Source: Nitrososphaerota archaeon (GTDB lineage Archaea > Thermoproteota > Nitrososphaeria_A > Caldarchaeales > Calditenuaceae). Taken from it: a stretch of 64,000 bases of DNA. Both the position numbers and the translations under genes were made by a program. Location of the stretch: positions 1,088,001 through 1,152,000 of the forward strand of contig JBEPYO010000001.1 of the NCBI GenBank assembly GCA_041641295.1, given 5' to 3'. Position 1 is the stretch's first letter. Each line of letters starts with the position of its first letter. Below are positions 18,277 to 26,872 of this stretch, in pieces. The notes under the pieces were generated by a model that was given only the letters and a program-made list of their open reading frames with translations, did not search any database and had not been told where the DNA came from.

Positions 18277-19641
18277 CTATTTTGAATGGTGTAGCGTCTT
18301 GAGTACGCCGAGGAATTTGAGCCTTATGCTGGTGGGTGGGTTATCTAGTATCTCTGCTATGCTGGGCCTGGTTCTGCCAGAGTCTCCGTGTATGAGTTCC
18401 TTAACGTATAGTCCGCCGTCAGCTTCAACGTAGAACTCGACCGTGTATGAGTCTATGAGCCTTGACTCTATGTTGAGGATCCTCTTTCTCCTTAACTTCT
18501 CTCCCCTTCTCTTCAGGACTCGGGTGGGTGTTTGCTGCTCTATAACAGCTCCTCTGAGGGAGGCTTCAAGCCTAGCTAGGTCCTCACGGCTCACCGGCTT
18601 AGAAAACTGGACGGTGGCCATGTAACGCTTGGTAGACCCCTCTATCGCCTCCTTAAGCATCTTTAGGTCGTTGTGTGTGGCGGGCTTAAGTCCCTCAACC
18701 TCCACCCGCCCCTCCGAGTAACTCTTTACCGCCTCTTTCAGGGCTTCGAGGGATACCTTCCTCCTCCGAGGCATTATCAACTCGACTATGAATGGGCGTC
18801 CCGTACCCTCTACTGTCACGTCAACATCCTCTCTCCCAGCGGCATGGAACTTGTATCCAATGGCGCCTGCCAGCCGCATGGCAGGCTCACCAACATACTC
18901 GGCCACCGAGTCCGGATACACTCTTCCGCGGCCTCCGCACCTATCACACCCAGCTCCCCAGCAGGCCGAGCAGTACCAAGGTGTCTGTGGGATGTCTGCC
19001 CTGCTCTTGAAGTAATGACCATAGATGTACAGTGGAGCGGGCTTGGCCTCGGCTGTCCCCGTAAATATGTCGACTAGTATGAGCATCTCAGGTGAGGTGA
19101 AGTTGGCCGGCTTCCCCAGCGCCACCTCCAGCTTCTTCCCCACCTCTCTCGCAACCTCTTTCCTCAGAGTCTCCGACTCGGTGAGACCGAACTCCGAGAA
19201 TATCCGCTCCTCGATCGCGGCTATGTATTTGGGTACATATGCGCCGACAAGGAAGTCCTCAAACTCATAGCCTGAGACCTTCCTGACCGCCTCTGCCACG
19301 ACTGTCTCGACCACCTCGTCTGTAAGCCTGTCTAAGCAGATTGGACATGTTTTCTTCTCGACCTCTAGTCCTCGGCCAAGCGCGACATCCAGCGCCGGCC
19401 CATACCCTGACTCTGATAGGGCTTTAACAAGAGTCTCGGCTTCTTCTGGGTTCTGGTCTAGCAGGGAGCGAGCCTCCTCCAAGAGCGCCGCCTTAATATC
19501 TTCACCTGTGTTGAGAAGTTCGGAGCTGGGCCGGTTTGAGGATAGGAGCCTACCTAGACATTTGCTGCAAAGCCGGTATTTTAGAAGGATCTGCTTAGCC
19601 TTTGAGAGCGTCTCGTTCAAATTCTTTACGCCCCAGCCCAA
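18277..19641 (-). CDS. pus10: tRNA pseudouridine(54/55) synthase Pus10
   Basis: LCxxCLGR, PQTPW, FHAAGREDVD, QQTPTRV, GGLYVKELIHGD.GRT.PS; start codon uncertain. Confidence 0.92.
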   Translation of the reverse strand: MGWGVKNLNETLSKAKQILLKYRLCSKCLGRLLSSNRPSSELLNTGEDIKAALLEEARSLLDQNPEEAETLVKALSESGYGPALDVALGRGLEVEKKTCPICLDRLTDEVVETVVAEAVRKVSGYEFEDFLVGAYVPKYIAAIEERIFSEFGLTESETLRKEVAREVGKKLEVALGKPANFTSPEMLILVDIFTGTAEAKPAPLYIYGHYFKSRADIPQTPWYCSACWGAGCDRCGGRGRVYPDSVAEYVGEPAMRLAGAIGYKFHAAGREDVDVTVEGTGRPFIVELIMPRRRKVSLEALKEAVKSYSEGRVEVEGLKPATHNDLKMLKEAIEGSTKRYMATVQFSKPVSREDLARLEASLRGAVIEQQTPTRVLKRRGEKLRRKRILNIESRLIDSYTVEFYVEADGGLYVKELIHGDSGRTRPSIAEILDNPPTSIRLKFLGVLKTLHHSK

Positions 19642-20944
19642 GGAGGAGGTCCCGCGGCATCCTGCCGGCGCTACGCTTCAGCGTCTTCATCAGCCGCCTA
19701 GTCTCGTTATACCTCTTGATTAGTTGTTTAACATCCCTTTCAGTCACGCCTGCGCCCCTCGCGATTCTTCTGGCCCTCGACGAGTCTATTATTGCAGGGT
19801 CTCGCCTCTCCTCGGGTGTCATAGAATTCACCACTGCCTCCCACTTCTTCACCTGCTCCTCAAGCCCCTCAATGTCTATCGACTTGGCCTTGGGGAGTGG
19901 GAGCATTGAGAGGAGTTTGTCGAGAGGCCCCATCTTGGCGACCTCTTTCAACTGGTTTATCATGTCGGTGAGCGTGAATCGCCCACTCATCATCTTCTCC
20001 GCCGCGTCCTCGGATATACTCACCTCTGCGAGCTTCACCCTCTCAACGAGGCCGGCTATGTCGGGCATGCCGAGGAGCCGCGCCAAATATCTGTCGGCTG
20101 AGAATGTCTCTATGTCTTCTAGGTGCTCTCCTGTCCCTATGAAGCGGATGGGTGCGCCTGTTGCAGCCACTGCCGAGAGCGCGCCGCCCGCCCTAGCTGA
20201 TGTGTCCATCTTCGTTAGCATAACCCAGCCAATCTTGGCTACGCGGTTGAACGCTTCGGCTTGGCTCCTCGCCCTCTGTCCGATGGTTGCGTCCAGTACG
20301 AGGACAACCTCATCCGGACTCAGTACCTTTAGTATCTCTTCCATCTCCTTCATCAGCGAGTCTTGGTCTTTATGCCTGCCCGCCGTGTCGACTATTATTA
20401 CGTCCAGACCCATTGACTTTAGTTTCTCTATGCCCCGCCTCGCTATCGCGGTGGGGTCTGAGGAGTCTGCCTCCCCATAAACGGGGATGCCCTTGTCTTG
20501 GAGGAGTTGTTGGAGCTGTATGAAGGCTGCGGGCCTATAGGTGTCTGCGCAGACAACCCCTACCTTATACCCGTGCTTTGCCAAGTAGTATGAGAGCTTG
20601 GCGACGCTGGTTGTCTTCCCAGAGCCCTGTATGCCGACCGTCACCAGTACGTGCGGCTTGCCCCTAGGCTTGTAGGGGGGCTGGACACCCCCTAGAAGCC
20701 TCACTAGCTCTTCATAGAGTATCTTGAAGATGTGGTCCCTTCTTGAGACTCCCGGTGGCGGCCTAGTCTCGGCTGCTTTTCTCCTAATATTCTCCGAGAG
20801 CTCCATGACCAGCTCAACACTCACGTCTGCGGAGAGCAGAGCCCTCTGAATATCCCTGATAAGCTCCTCGAGGGCCTCCTTATCATGTGAAGCCTGACCC
20901 ATGAAACGGGAGACCGCCTTTCTGAGAGCCTCACCTATATCCAT
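19595..20944 (-). CDS. srp54: Signal recognition particle protein SRP54
   Basis: ALLSADV, GIQGSGKTT, DTAGRH, TKMD, M domain with SMTPEER and SRARRIARGAG. Confidence 0.96.
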   Translation of the reverse strand: MDIGEALRKAVSRFMGQASHDKEALEELIRDIQRALLSADVSVELVMELSENIRRKAAETRPPPGVSRRDHIFKILYEELVRLLGGVQPPYKPRGKPHVLVTVGIQGSGKTTSVAKLSYYLAKHGYKVGVVCADTYRPAAFIQLQQLLQDKGIPVYGEADSSDPTAIARRGIEKLKSMGLDVIIVDTAGRHKDQDSLMKEMEEILKVLSPDEVVLVLDATIGQRARSQAEAFNRVAKIGWVMLTKMDTSARAGGALSAVAATGAPIRFIGTGEHLEDIETFSADRYLARLLGMPDIAGLVERVKLAEVSISEDAAEKMMSGRFTLTDMINQLKEVAKMGPLDKLLSMLPLPKAKSIDIEGLEEQVKKWEAVVNSMTPEERRDPAIIDSSRARRIARGAGVTERDVKQLIKRYNETRRLMKTLKRSAGRMPRDLLLGLGRKEFERDALKG

Positions 20945-21073
20945 CCCGCAGCCCCCACCCTACAAACTCAAGCCCCCACCCAGATTATAAAGCCAAACAA
21001 CCCACACAGCGCGCCACCACCAGCCAATAAACACGATGAGCTTTATCTCGGAGCACGTTAACTCATAAGACTA

Positions 21074-21134
21074 GGCGATGATGTGGGACTCAGGAAGGAT
21101 AATACCTGATGAATTCTCCTGGGGTATCTGAGCC
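21074..21134 (+). ncRNA. Putative box C/D sRNA
   Basis: C box ATGATGT (21078-84), C' TGATGA (21107-12), D box CTGA (21128-31), GGC/GCC terminal stem, ~60 nt, intergenic. Confidence 0.6.
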
Positions 21135-21203
21135 CTTTTGGGATTAGTTCTCTTTTTCTCCATTATTATGAAGACATAAATAATATGGGACTGGGTTATT
21201 GGT

Positions 21204-21836
21204 ATGCGGCCCCAGTTATTGCTGGTTGTTGGCTTGGTTGTCGGATTGCTTATTGGAGGGGCGGCGGGTGTAGGTGCGGGCGCTTCTAGGGCGACCACTG
21301 TTTTGAGCACAGTCGAGGTTGTTAAGACCCAGCCAATCACATTGACGACTGAGGTTGTCCGCATCTCTACGGTTTCTACAGAGGTTTTGAGGCCGACAAC
21401 CATTCTAAGCACAGTAGTCCAGCAGACAACGGTTGTAAAGACTACCACTATCGGGGTAGTGGTCATAGGTGGGAAACCCGTGGACTTGGTGGCGAGGGCC
21501 TATCATGTGGTTGATGGGGATACTTTTGACACATTTCCATCCGGCCGGGTTAGGCTGGCTGATATAAACACTCCTGAACGGGGTCAGCCAGGATACTCGG
21601 AGGCCACCAATGCCCTGCGCATACTTGTCTTAGATAAGACCGTCTACCTCGACGTAGATAATGTAGAAGTTATGGACAGCTACAATAGGCTCGTGGCCCT
21701 CGTATATGTTGACTACAACTCAACACACGTCTTAAACGTAAACCTTTGGCTGGTTGTCAATGGGTATGCCGTATTCGCCGATTTCGCGAATGAGTTTAAT
21801 CCGCAGGAGTGGAGCCTCTACGTGAGAAAAGACTAG
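21204..21836 (+). CDS. Secreted or membrane-anchored thermonuclease (SNase-like) with a Thr/Val-rich stalk
   Basis: N-terminal hydrophobic segment; VVDGDTF, RVRLADINTPE, DSYNRLVA, VNLWLVVNGYA. Confidence 0.85.
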   Translation: MRPQLLLVVGLVVGLLIGGAAGVGAGASRATTVLSTVEVVKTQPITLTTEVVRISTVSTEVLRPTTILSTVVQQTTVVKTTTIGVVVIGGKPVDLVARAYHVVDGDTFDTFPSGRVRLADINTPERGQPGYSEATNALRILVLDKTVYLDVDNVEVMDSYNRLVALVYVDYNSTHVLNVNLWLVVNGYAVFADFANEFNPQEWSLYVRKD

Positions 21837-21899
21837 CCCTATTTCTTTAACAACTTCTGCAATAGCTCTGCAAGTCTCTCTCAGCCTTTATTTCGCTTG

Positions 21900-22396
21900 A
21901 TAGCTCGCTTACCTGGGTTAAGGTTTCCCTTATGTCGACCAATATGTTGCGCCTCTCAGCTCCTCGTAGAGCTTATTCAATTCGTCCTCGTTCACTATTA
22001 GGCTGGCTTGAATCAATATTCTCCCGCTTAAGACTGAGGGCCTCTCCCACCCTCAGCCCCGTCACAGCAAAAAAAACAGACCAAGATCTTCATCCTACCC
22101 TTAGCCGCTATAACCATTCTCTTAAGCTCTTGGACTGACAGGGCCCTGTCAACTTTCGTCGCACGCCGACGAGGAATATCGACTTTAAGCTTGATACGCC
22201 TCCAATCAAAAGCCACGCCATAAAATAGTAGCAGATGCTTCAGGGTTGAGAGATAGGTGTTACTAGTCGCCGAAGAGCGGCCCCCACCCCTCTTAACCCG
22301 ACCGACAACCACCTCAACGTCATCAACCTCCAACAACCAAAGCAACTTCCTGAGGGTTGGTCTCCTAGTCGCGTGTAGTCTCTCATCAAATTCCAC
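21900..22396 (-). pseudogene. Tyrosine recombinase/integrase remnant
   Basis: After a frameshift at the 8-nt homopolymer (22069-22076) the frame reads AVTGLRVGEALSLKRENID (box I Arg), then a stop; no HxxR/Tyr box found; 3' boundary approximate. Confidence 0.8.
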
Positions 22397-22475
22397 ACAC
22401 CTACCACTGCGAAATCTTGGGCAAATCTCTGGGTAGGCCTGGGGTATCTGAGTCCTTCTCTAGGGGACCCTCTGC

Positions 22476-23708
22476 CTATCTCGCTTTTACTGGGATCTTC
22501 CTCTCAGGCATCGCTGGCGGTTTGAGCAAGAGGTTTGAGACGGCTAGACCGAGGACGCTGAGAGCAGCTACTGTCATGAAGACTGGTGAATAGTGTCCAA
22601 GTAGTTCCCATAGGGATGCCGACAGTGTTGGGCCGGCTAGTGCTGAGGCGCCATAGGCTGTGAAGACGATCCCATAGTTTACCGACAGGTTTTGTATGCC
22701 GAAGAAGAGTGATGTGGCTTTGGGTGCTAGGGCGAGCCATCCGCCGAAGACGAGCCAGAGAATCGAGTAGGAGATGAGATAGATGGGGAGAGTGCTTGCC
22801 TGTGTCGCCAGCAGAGCCGCCACTATGGACAGTAGGAAGGATATGCTTGAGACGATGTTTATCTTCATCCTGTCGGCGAGGTATCCGAACAAGGGCCTCC
22901 CAAGCCCGTTGAATACCGCAAAGACTCCTGTGGCCGCAGCTGCCAGCTCAGGGCTTAGCCTAACAACCTCCTGCCCAAACTTGGCCGCTTGGCTTATCGC
23001 AATAAATCCTCCCAGAGTTCCTAGCGCGTATGCGAGCCAGAGTCCCACAAAACTGCTCGTCCTCACCATTATGCCCGGTGTGAACTCTCTCGGCCCTACC
23101 GGCTGCTGTGTGCTGCCTCTCATCTGACCCCCACCCGTCTCGACCCTCGGAAGCATCATCAGTGGCGAGAGTGCTAGAAGTATGAGCCCATAGACTCCTC
23201 CAAGTATGATGAATGAGTTCTTCACACCTTGGCTGGCTATCAGATAATTCGCGAGTGGGGCTGTTACGAGGGGTGAGATGCCGAAGCCCAAGACAGTCAA
23301 GCCTACCGCCAACCCTCTTCTCTCAGGGATCCAGTGGCTCGATACAGTGATCGTCGAGTTATAAATCAGCGCAACCCCAGACCCCGCCATGACACCATAG
23401 AAGAGAATGACGTACAGCAACGGTGATTGCGTCTCCAGAGCAAAACCGGATAAAATCCAACCTCCACCCACTAGCAGTGCACCCAACAACGCGACACGCC
23501 TCGAACTATAGGCCCTCAAAACCCTTCCACCAAGCGGCATGCAGGCCGCAAAGAAAAGGAGAAAGATAGAGAATGGTATGCCTGACTCGAAACTACCCCA
23601 TCCGAGAAGAACCTCGAGTGGCTTCCTAAAGACACTCCAGCTATATATCGTCCCCAAAAGCAGATTGGCAACAAGACCCGCAAAGACGTAGACCCACCTA
23701 TTCACCAT
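22476..23708 (-). CDS. MFS transporter, oxalate/formate antiporter (OFA) family
   Basis: ~12 TM segments; GTIYSWSVF, WIPERRGLAVG, NGLGRPLFGYLADR, NYGIVFTAYG. Confidence 0.88.
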   Translation of the reverse strand: MVNRWVYVFAGLVANLLLGTIYSWSVFRKPLEVLLGWGSFESGIPFSIFLLFFAACMPLGGRVLRAYSSRRVALLGALLVGGGWILSGFALETQSPLLYVILFYGVMAGSGVALIYNSTITVSSHWIPERRGLAVGLTVLGFGISPLVTAPLANYLIASQGVKNSFIILGGVYGLILLALSPLMMLPRVETGGGQMRGSTQQPVGPREFTPGIMVRTSSFVGLWLAYALGTLGGFIAISQAAKFGQEVVRLSPELAAAATGVFAVFNGLGRPLFGYLADRMKINIVSSISFLLSIVAALLATQASTLPIYLISYSILWLVFGGWLALAPKATSLFFGIQNLSVNYGIVFTAYGASALAGPTLSASLWELLGHYSPVFMTVAALSVLGLAVSNLLLKPPAMPERKIPVKAR

Positions 23709-24170
23709 TCGAGAACACCAGAACTTGTTGGCTGTAGTTTATATTTTAACTGTCTTTAAAAAATGCATACTATACTATAACCATGAATAATAAATAATGA
23801 AGATGAATACGATGCATCTCTTCCCAAAGATATGTTCTCAATCAGCAAAATGGTCAGCTTGAGATGACTTTTAAACAGTGTTAAGGAGTGGCTAACGGGG
23901 AAACCATCTGAATGTCCGCTTCAAATTGTGTGTGAGGCAGTGGTTAGACGCGGAGAGGGTTCTGTGAGCGGTTCCCCGCTCCTCCGGCCCAGAATCCCAC
24001 TCAATTTGGATAATAACGGCGATAATAGGCCCTCTCACTTTCACCTAAGTCTACCAAAAGAAATATAAACCATTCATATACGAACACGGCAATAGGTGTG
24101 ATTAATTGAGTAGCAGCAACCACATATTATTGGTCCACACAGGATATCTTACTTACGCCGGAAAGTTGAA

Positions 24171-24400
24171 GGCTCTCCGGCAGGGGGAATCATTACACCT
24201 GCCGGGGAGTTGCGCCACCTTTAGAGAAACCGGGAGCCTCCCGGAAAGGCCATGTCACGGGATGTGGCATCTAGGGTTCCCCAGCAGATTGCTGAGGCGG
24301 CTTGCTCCTTGGTCGCTACACCTATAGTTGGGCAGGGGGCGGGCGGAGGTCTGCAGCTGTCTCCATCCGATAAGGCCACTTGGCTGCAGGGGGAAGGTGG
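24171..24400 (+). ncRNA. Candidate structured leader RNA upstream of the LAGLIDADG gene
   Basis: Stems GGCTCTCCGGCAGG/CCTGCCGGGGAGTT, CCGGGAG/CTCCCGG, GCCATGTC/GATGTGGC, GCTTGCTCCTT/AGGGGGCGGGC, CTGCAGC/GCTGCAG, long-range CCACCTT/AAGGTGG; TATA-like AAATATAAA at ~24061. Confidence 0.55.
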
Positions 24401-25490
24401 GGTAAAGAAAACTCAGCGAAGACTAACACTAGAGGAGAAGGCTAAAGTCTTAGAAGCCATTAAAATTGGAGTTGAGAGGGGCTATGGGTACGGACGGATT
24501 TGGAAGACGTTGAAGGCGAGTGGGATGGATGTATCGAAGAGGACTGTCGAGTACTGGTATTACAAGAAATATCGGGGAAAGGTTGGAAGAAGAGGAGAAT
24601 ATCTCCCAAGAGAGCTGAGAATCAGGTTATATGAAGAAGCCCTGAAGATGAGAAAGGCAGGTCTTGGATACAAGAGGATTAGGAAGAGGATTGAAGAGCT
24701 GCATGGAGTCAAGCTTAGTCCTGCCGTGATTGCTGACTGGTGCAGTGGAGCACACAGCCCATACAACGGTGCAAGGATCCCCACGATAGACCATCTAAAA
24801 CCATCCCCGGAGCTCGCCTACGTAATAGGCGTGGTCGCCGGTGATGGGTGGGCGGTCAAAACCAACGCAAGGAGTGGAGAGTATAGGGTCGGAGCTAGGG
24901 CAAAGGACATTGAATTCATAGAGGAGTTCGCGAGATGCTTGGGAAAAGTTCTCGGCAGAGAGCCGCCGAGGCCGGTACCAGTGGAAGATGGGTTGCTTTT
25001 AGTATATGTTAGATCGAGGGCGCTGTACCAACTTTTACAGAAACCCATAGACATAGACAGGATAAGACGCTTCATAGAGCACTGCGAAGACTGCAAAAGA
25101 AGTTTTCTTAGAGGATTCTATGATAGCGAGGGATCTGTAGATAATGAGGGGAAGATTCGCTGCTTAAATACAGATACTAGACTTCTCAGATATGTACAGA
25201 AACTTCTGAAGCTTCTAGGCATAGAGACAACAGGGCCAAAAATCAGTGCGAGGAAGGGAACCCTCCTATTCGACAAAAAGTTGGGGGAGGCATACAAAAA
25301 GAGAAAGAATGTATACTACATCTATGTCAAAGCGCGGGATAAATTGAAATTCTACAAACTAGTAGGGTTCACCATAAGGCGAAAGCAACAACGCCTCGAA
25401 GAATATGTAAGATGTCACGGACTTCTAGAGGACGAGCCACCCAACCAACTCTTCCCCAATTCTCTCTTCCATTCAATTCGCTCACATTAA
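24252..25490 (+). CDS. Free-standing two-motif LAGLIDADG (DOD-type) homing endonuclease with N-terminal HTH repeats
   Basis: ELAYVIGVVAGDGW and SFLRGFYDSEGSV motifs; two G(Y/L)GYxRI HTH-like repeats; no intein Hint termini; start uncertain. Confidence 0.85.
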   Translation: MSRDVASRVPQQIAEAACSLVATPIVGQGAGGGLQLSPSDKATWLQGEGGVKKTQRRLTLEEKAKVLEAIKIGVERGYGYGRIWKTLKASGMDVSKRTVEYWYYKKYRGKVGRRGEYLPRELRIRLYEEALKMRKAGLGYKRIRKRIEELHGVKLSPAVIADWCSGAHSPYNGARIPTIDHLKPSPELAYVIGVVAGDGWAVKTNARSGEYRVGARAKDIEFIEEFARCLGKVLGREPPRPVPVEDGLLLVYVRSRALYQLLQKPIDIDRIRRFIEHCEDCKRSFLRGFYDSEGSVDNEGKIRCLNTDTRLLRYVQKLLKLLGIETTGPKISARKGTLLFDKKLGEAYKKRKNVYYIYVKARDKLKFYKLVGFTIRRKQQRLEEYVRCHGLLEDEPPNQLFPNSLFHSIRSH

Positions 25491-25493
25491 CAG

Positions 25494-25586
25494 TGGGCCC
25501 GGAGGGATTCGAACCCTCGACCTTCCGGTCTCTCCCGCCATACCTGTTATCAGCCGGACGCTCCAGCCAGGCTGAGCTACGGGCCC
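25494..25586 (-). tRNA. tRNA-Ile(GAT) with an 18-nt intron at 37/38 (25530-25547)
   Basis: Cloverleaf: GGGCCCG/CGGGCCC-A, GCTC/GAGC, TCCGG/CCGGA, GAGGG-TTCGAAT-CCCTC; CCA not encoded. Confidence 0.92.
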
Positions 25587-25874
25587 CTACGATATCCCAC
25601 GTAATATGGGCGCTATTTAGTATTTAATTTCTTTGTCCTTGAAGTAGATCTGCCCTAGATTGCGGCCTTCTTGGGTTCTCTGCTGGAAATTTACTGTTAT
25701 GGGATGACTTGGGGGGAGGCTGGTTATTTGATTTGATGCGAGATGAATAGGTGGGTTCTGAAGGAAAGTGGAGGATTGGCAAACCAATGTTTTTTACAAT
25801 GGCATTTGCCTTATCTCTGGGTGCCGGTCTTCAGGCTGGCGACGAGGTTAATACATATAGGATAAAGAGTAGGC

Positions 25875-26840
25875 ATGTTTTTGCGGGAAATGTCTGATGT
25901 TGACCGTCTTGTCGGCGATGTTATAGCTGGAGATACCAGATCGCTTGCAAAGGCTATCAGTATTGTAGAGGCGGGTAGTAGTGAAGCAGGACATATACTG
26001 TCAAGGCTCGCGAAACATGTTAGGGGCAGGCCCGTCATAGGATTCTCCGGGCCACCGGGGTCGGGTAAAAGCACTCTCATAGGCAAATTTGGCGAGTATC
26101 TGAAAGGTAATGGTTTGAAGGTCGCTGTCTTGGCGATAGACCCTTCAAGCCCCTTCACAGGTGGAGCGGTTTTAGGCGATAGGGTTAGGATGGTGTCTAT
26201 CGCGTCAGCGCCGGGTGTGTTCATCAGGAGTATGGCTACTCGCGGTGCGAGGGGTGGGGTTGTAGCCTATGTGAGGTCTGTTCTTCGCGTCCTCGATGCA
26301 GCTGGTTTTGACTTTATATTGGTGGAGACCGCAGGTGCTGGACAGACTGATGTATCCATCAACGATGTCGCAGATGTGGTGGCTATAGTTGTTACGCCCG
26401 ACATGGGTGATAGCATCCAGGCCATAAAAGCAGGTCTTCTCGAGATAGGAGACGTCTATGTCGTTAACAAGGCGGACGACTCTAGAAGCTCGTATATTGC
26501 CTCGATGCTCGAGGCCATGCTTAGTAGGGGAGGGGCCAAGCCTGTTGTCTTGAAGACGGTTGCAACGAGGGGGGAGGGCGTGGTCGAACTGGCTGAAACA
26601 TTGTTGAGGAAATGGGAGCAGCTTAAAACCGACGGCGAACTTCAAGCCAGGAGGAGGCGGCAGACCATCGCAGAGGTTGTGGCCCTAATCATGGAAGACT
26701 TTAGAACAGCGATAGAGAGATTCTCCTCAGATAAGGAGTTTATAGCGGAGGTTGAGAGGCTGACAGCAGAGGGCCTCGACCCCAAGTCTGTCGCCCGGGA
26801 AATGAGGAGCAGGGTGCTGGAATGGGTGAATAGGCTATAG
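25875..26840 (+). CDS. meaB: Acyl-CoA mutase-associated GTPase MeaB
   Basis: GPPGSGKST, AIDPSSPFTGGAVLGDRVRM, FIRSMATRG, ETAGAGQ, NKAD. Confidence 0.93.
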   Translation: MFLREMSDVDRLVGDVIAGDTRSLAKAISIVEAGSSEAGHILSRLAKHVRGRPVIGFSGPPGSGKSTLIGKFGEYLKGNGLKVAVLAIDPSSPFTGGAVLGDRVRMVSIASAPGVFIRSMATRGARGGVVAYVRSVLRVLDAAGFDFILVETAGAGQTDVSINDVADVVAIVVTPDMGDSIQAIKAGLLEIGDVYVVNKADDSRSSYIASMLEAMLSRGGAKPVVLKTVATRGEGVVELAETLLRKWEQLKTDGELQARRRRQTIAEVVALIMEDFRTAIERFSSDKEFIAEVERLTAEGLDPKSVAREMRSRVLEWVNRL

Positions 26841-26872
26841 TGTTTATATGCGTCTGAGCAGTATATGGATTC

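Larger units (their letters stand above)
21118..22457. mobile_element. Decayed integrative element bounded by 20-bp direct repeats
   Basis: CCTGGGGTATCTGAG(C/T)CCTT at 21118-21137 and 22438-22457; encloses a nuclease gene and an integrase remnant. Confidence 0.7.

Noticed and set aside
24252-25490. Intein- or intron-encoded endonuclease
   Set aside because: No Hint-domain termini, no interrupted host gene and no recognisable group I core
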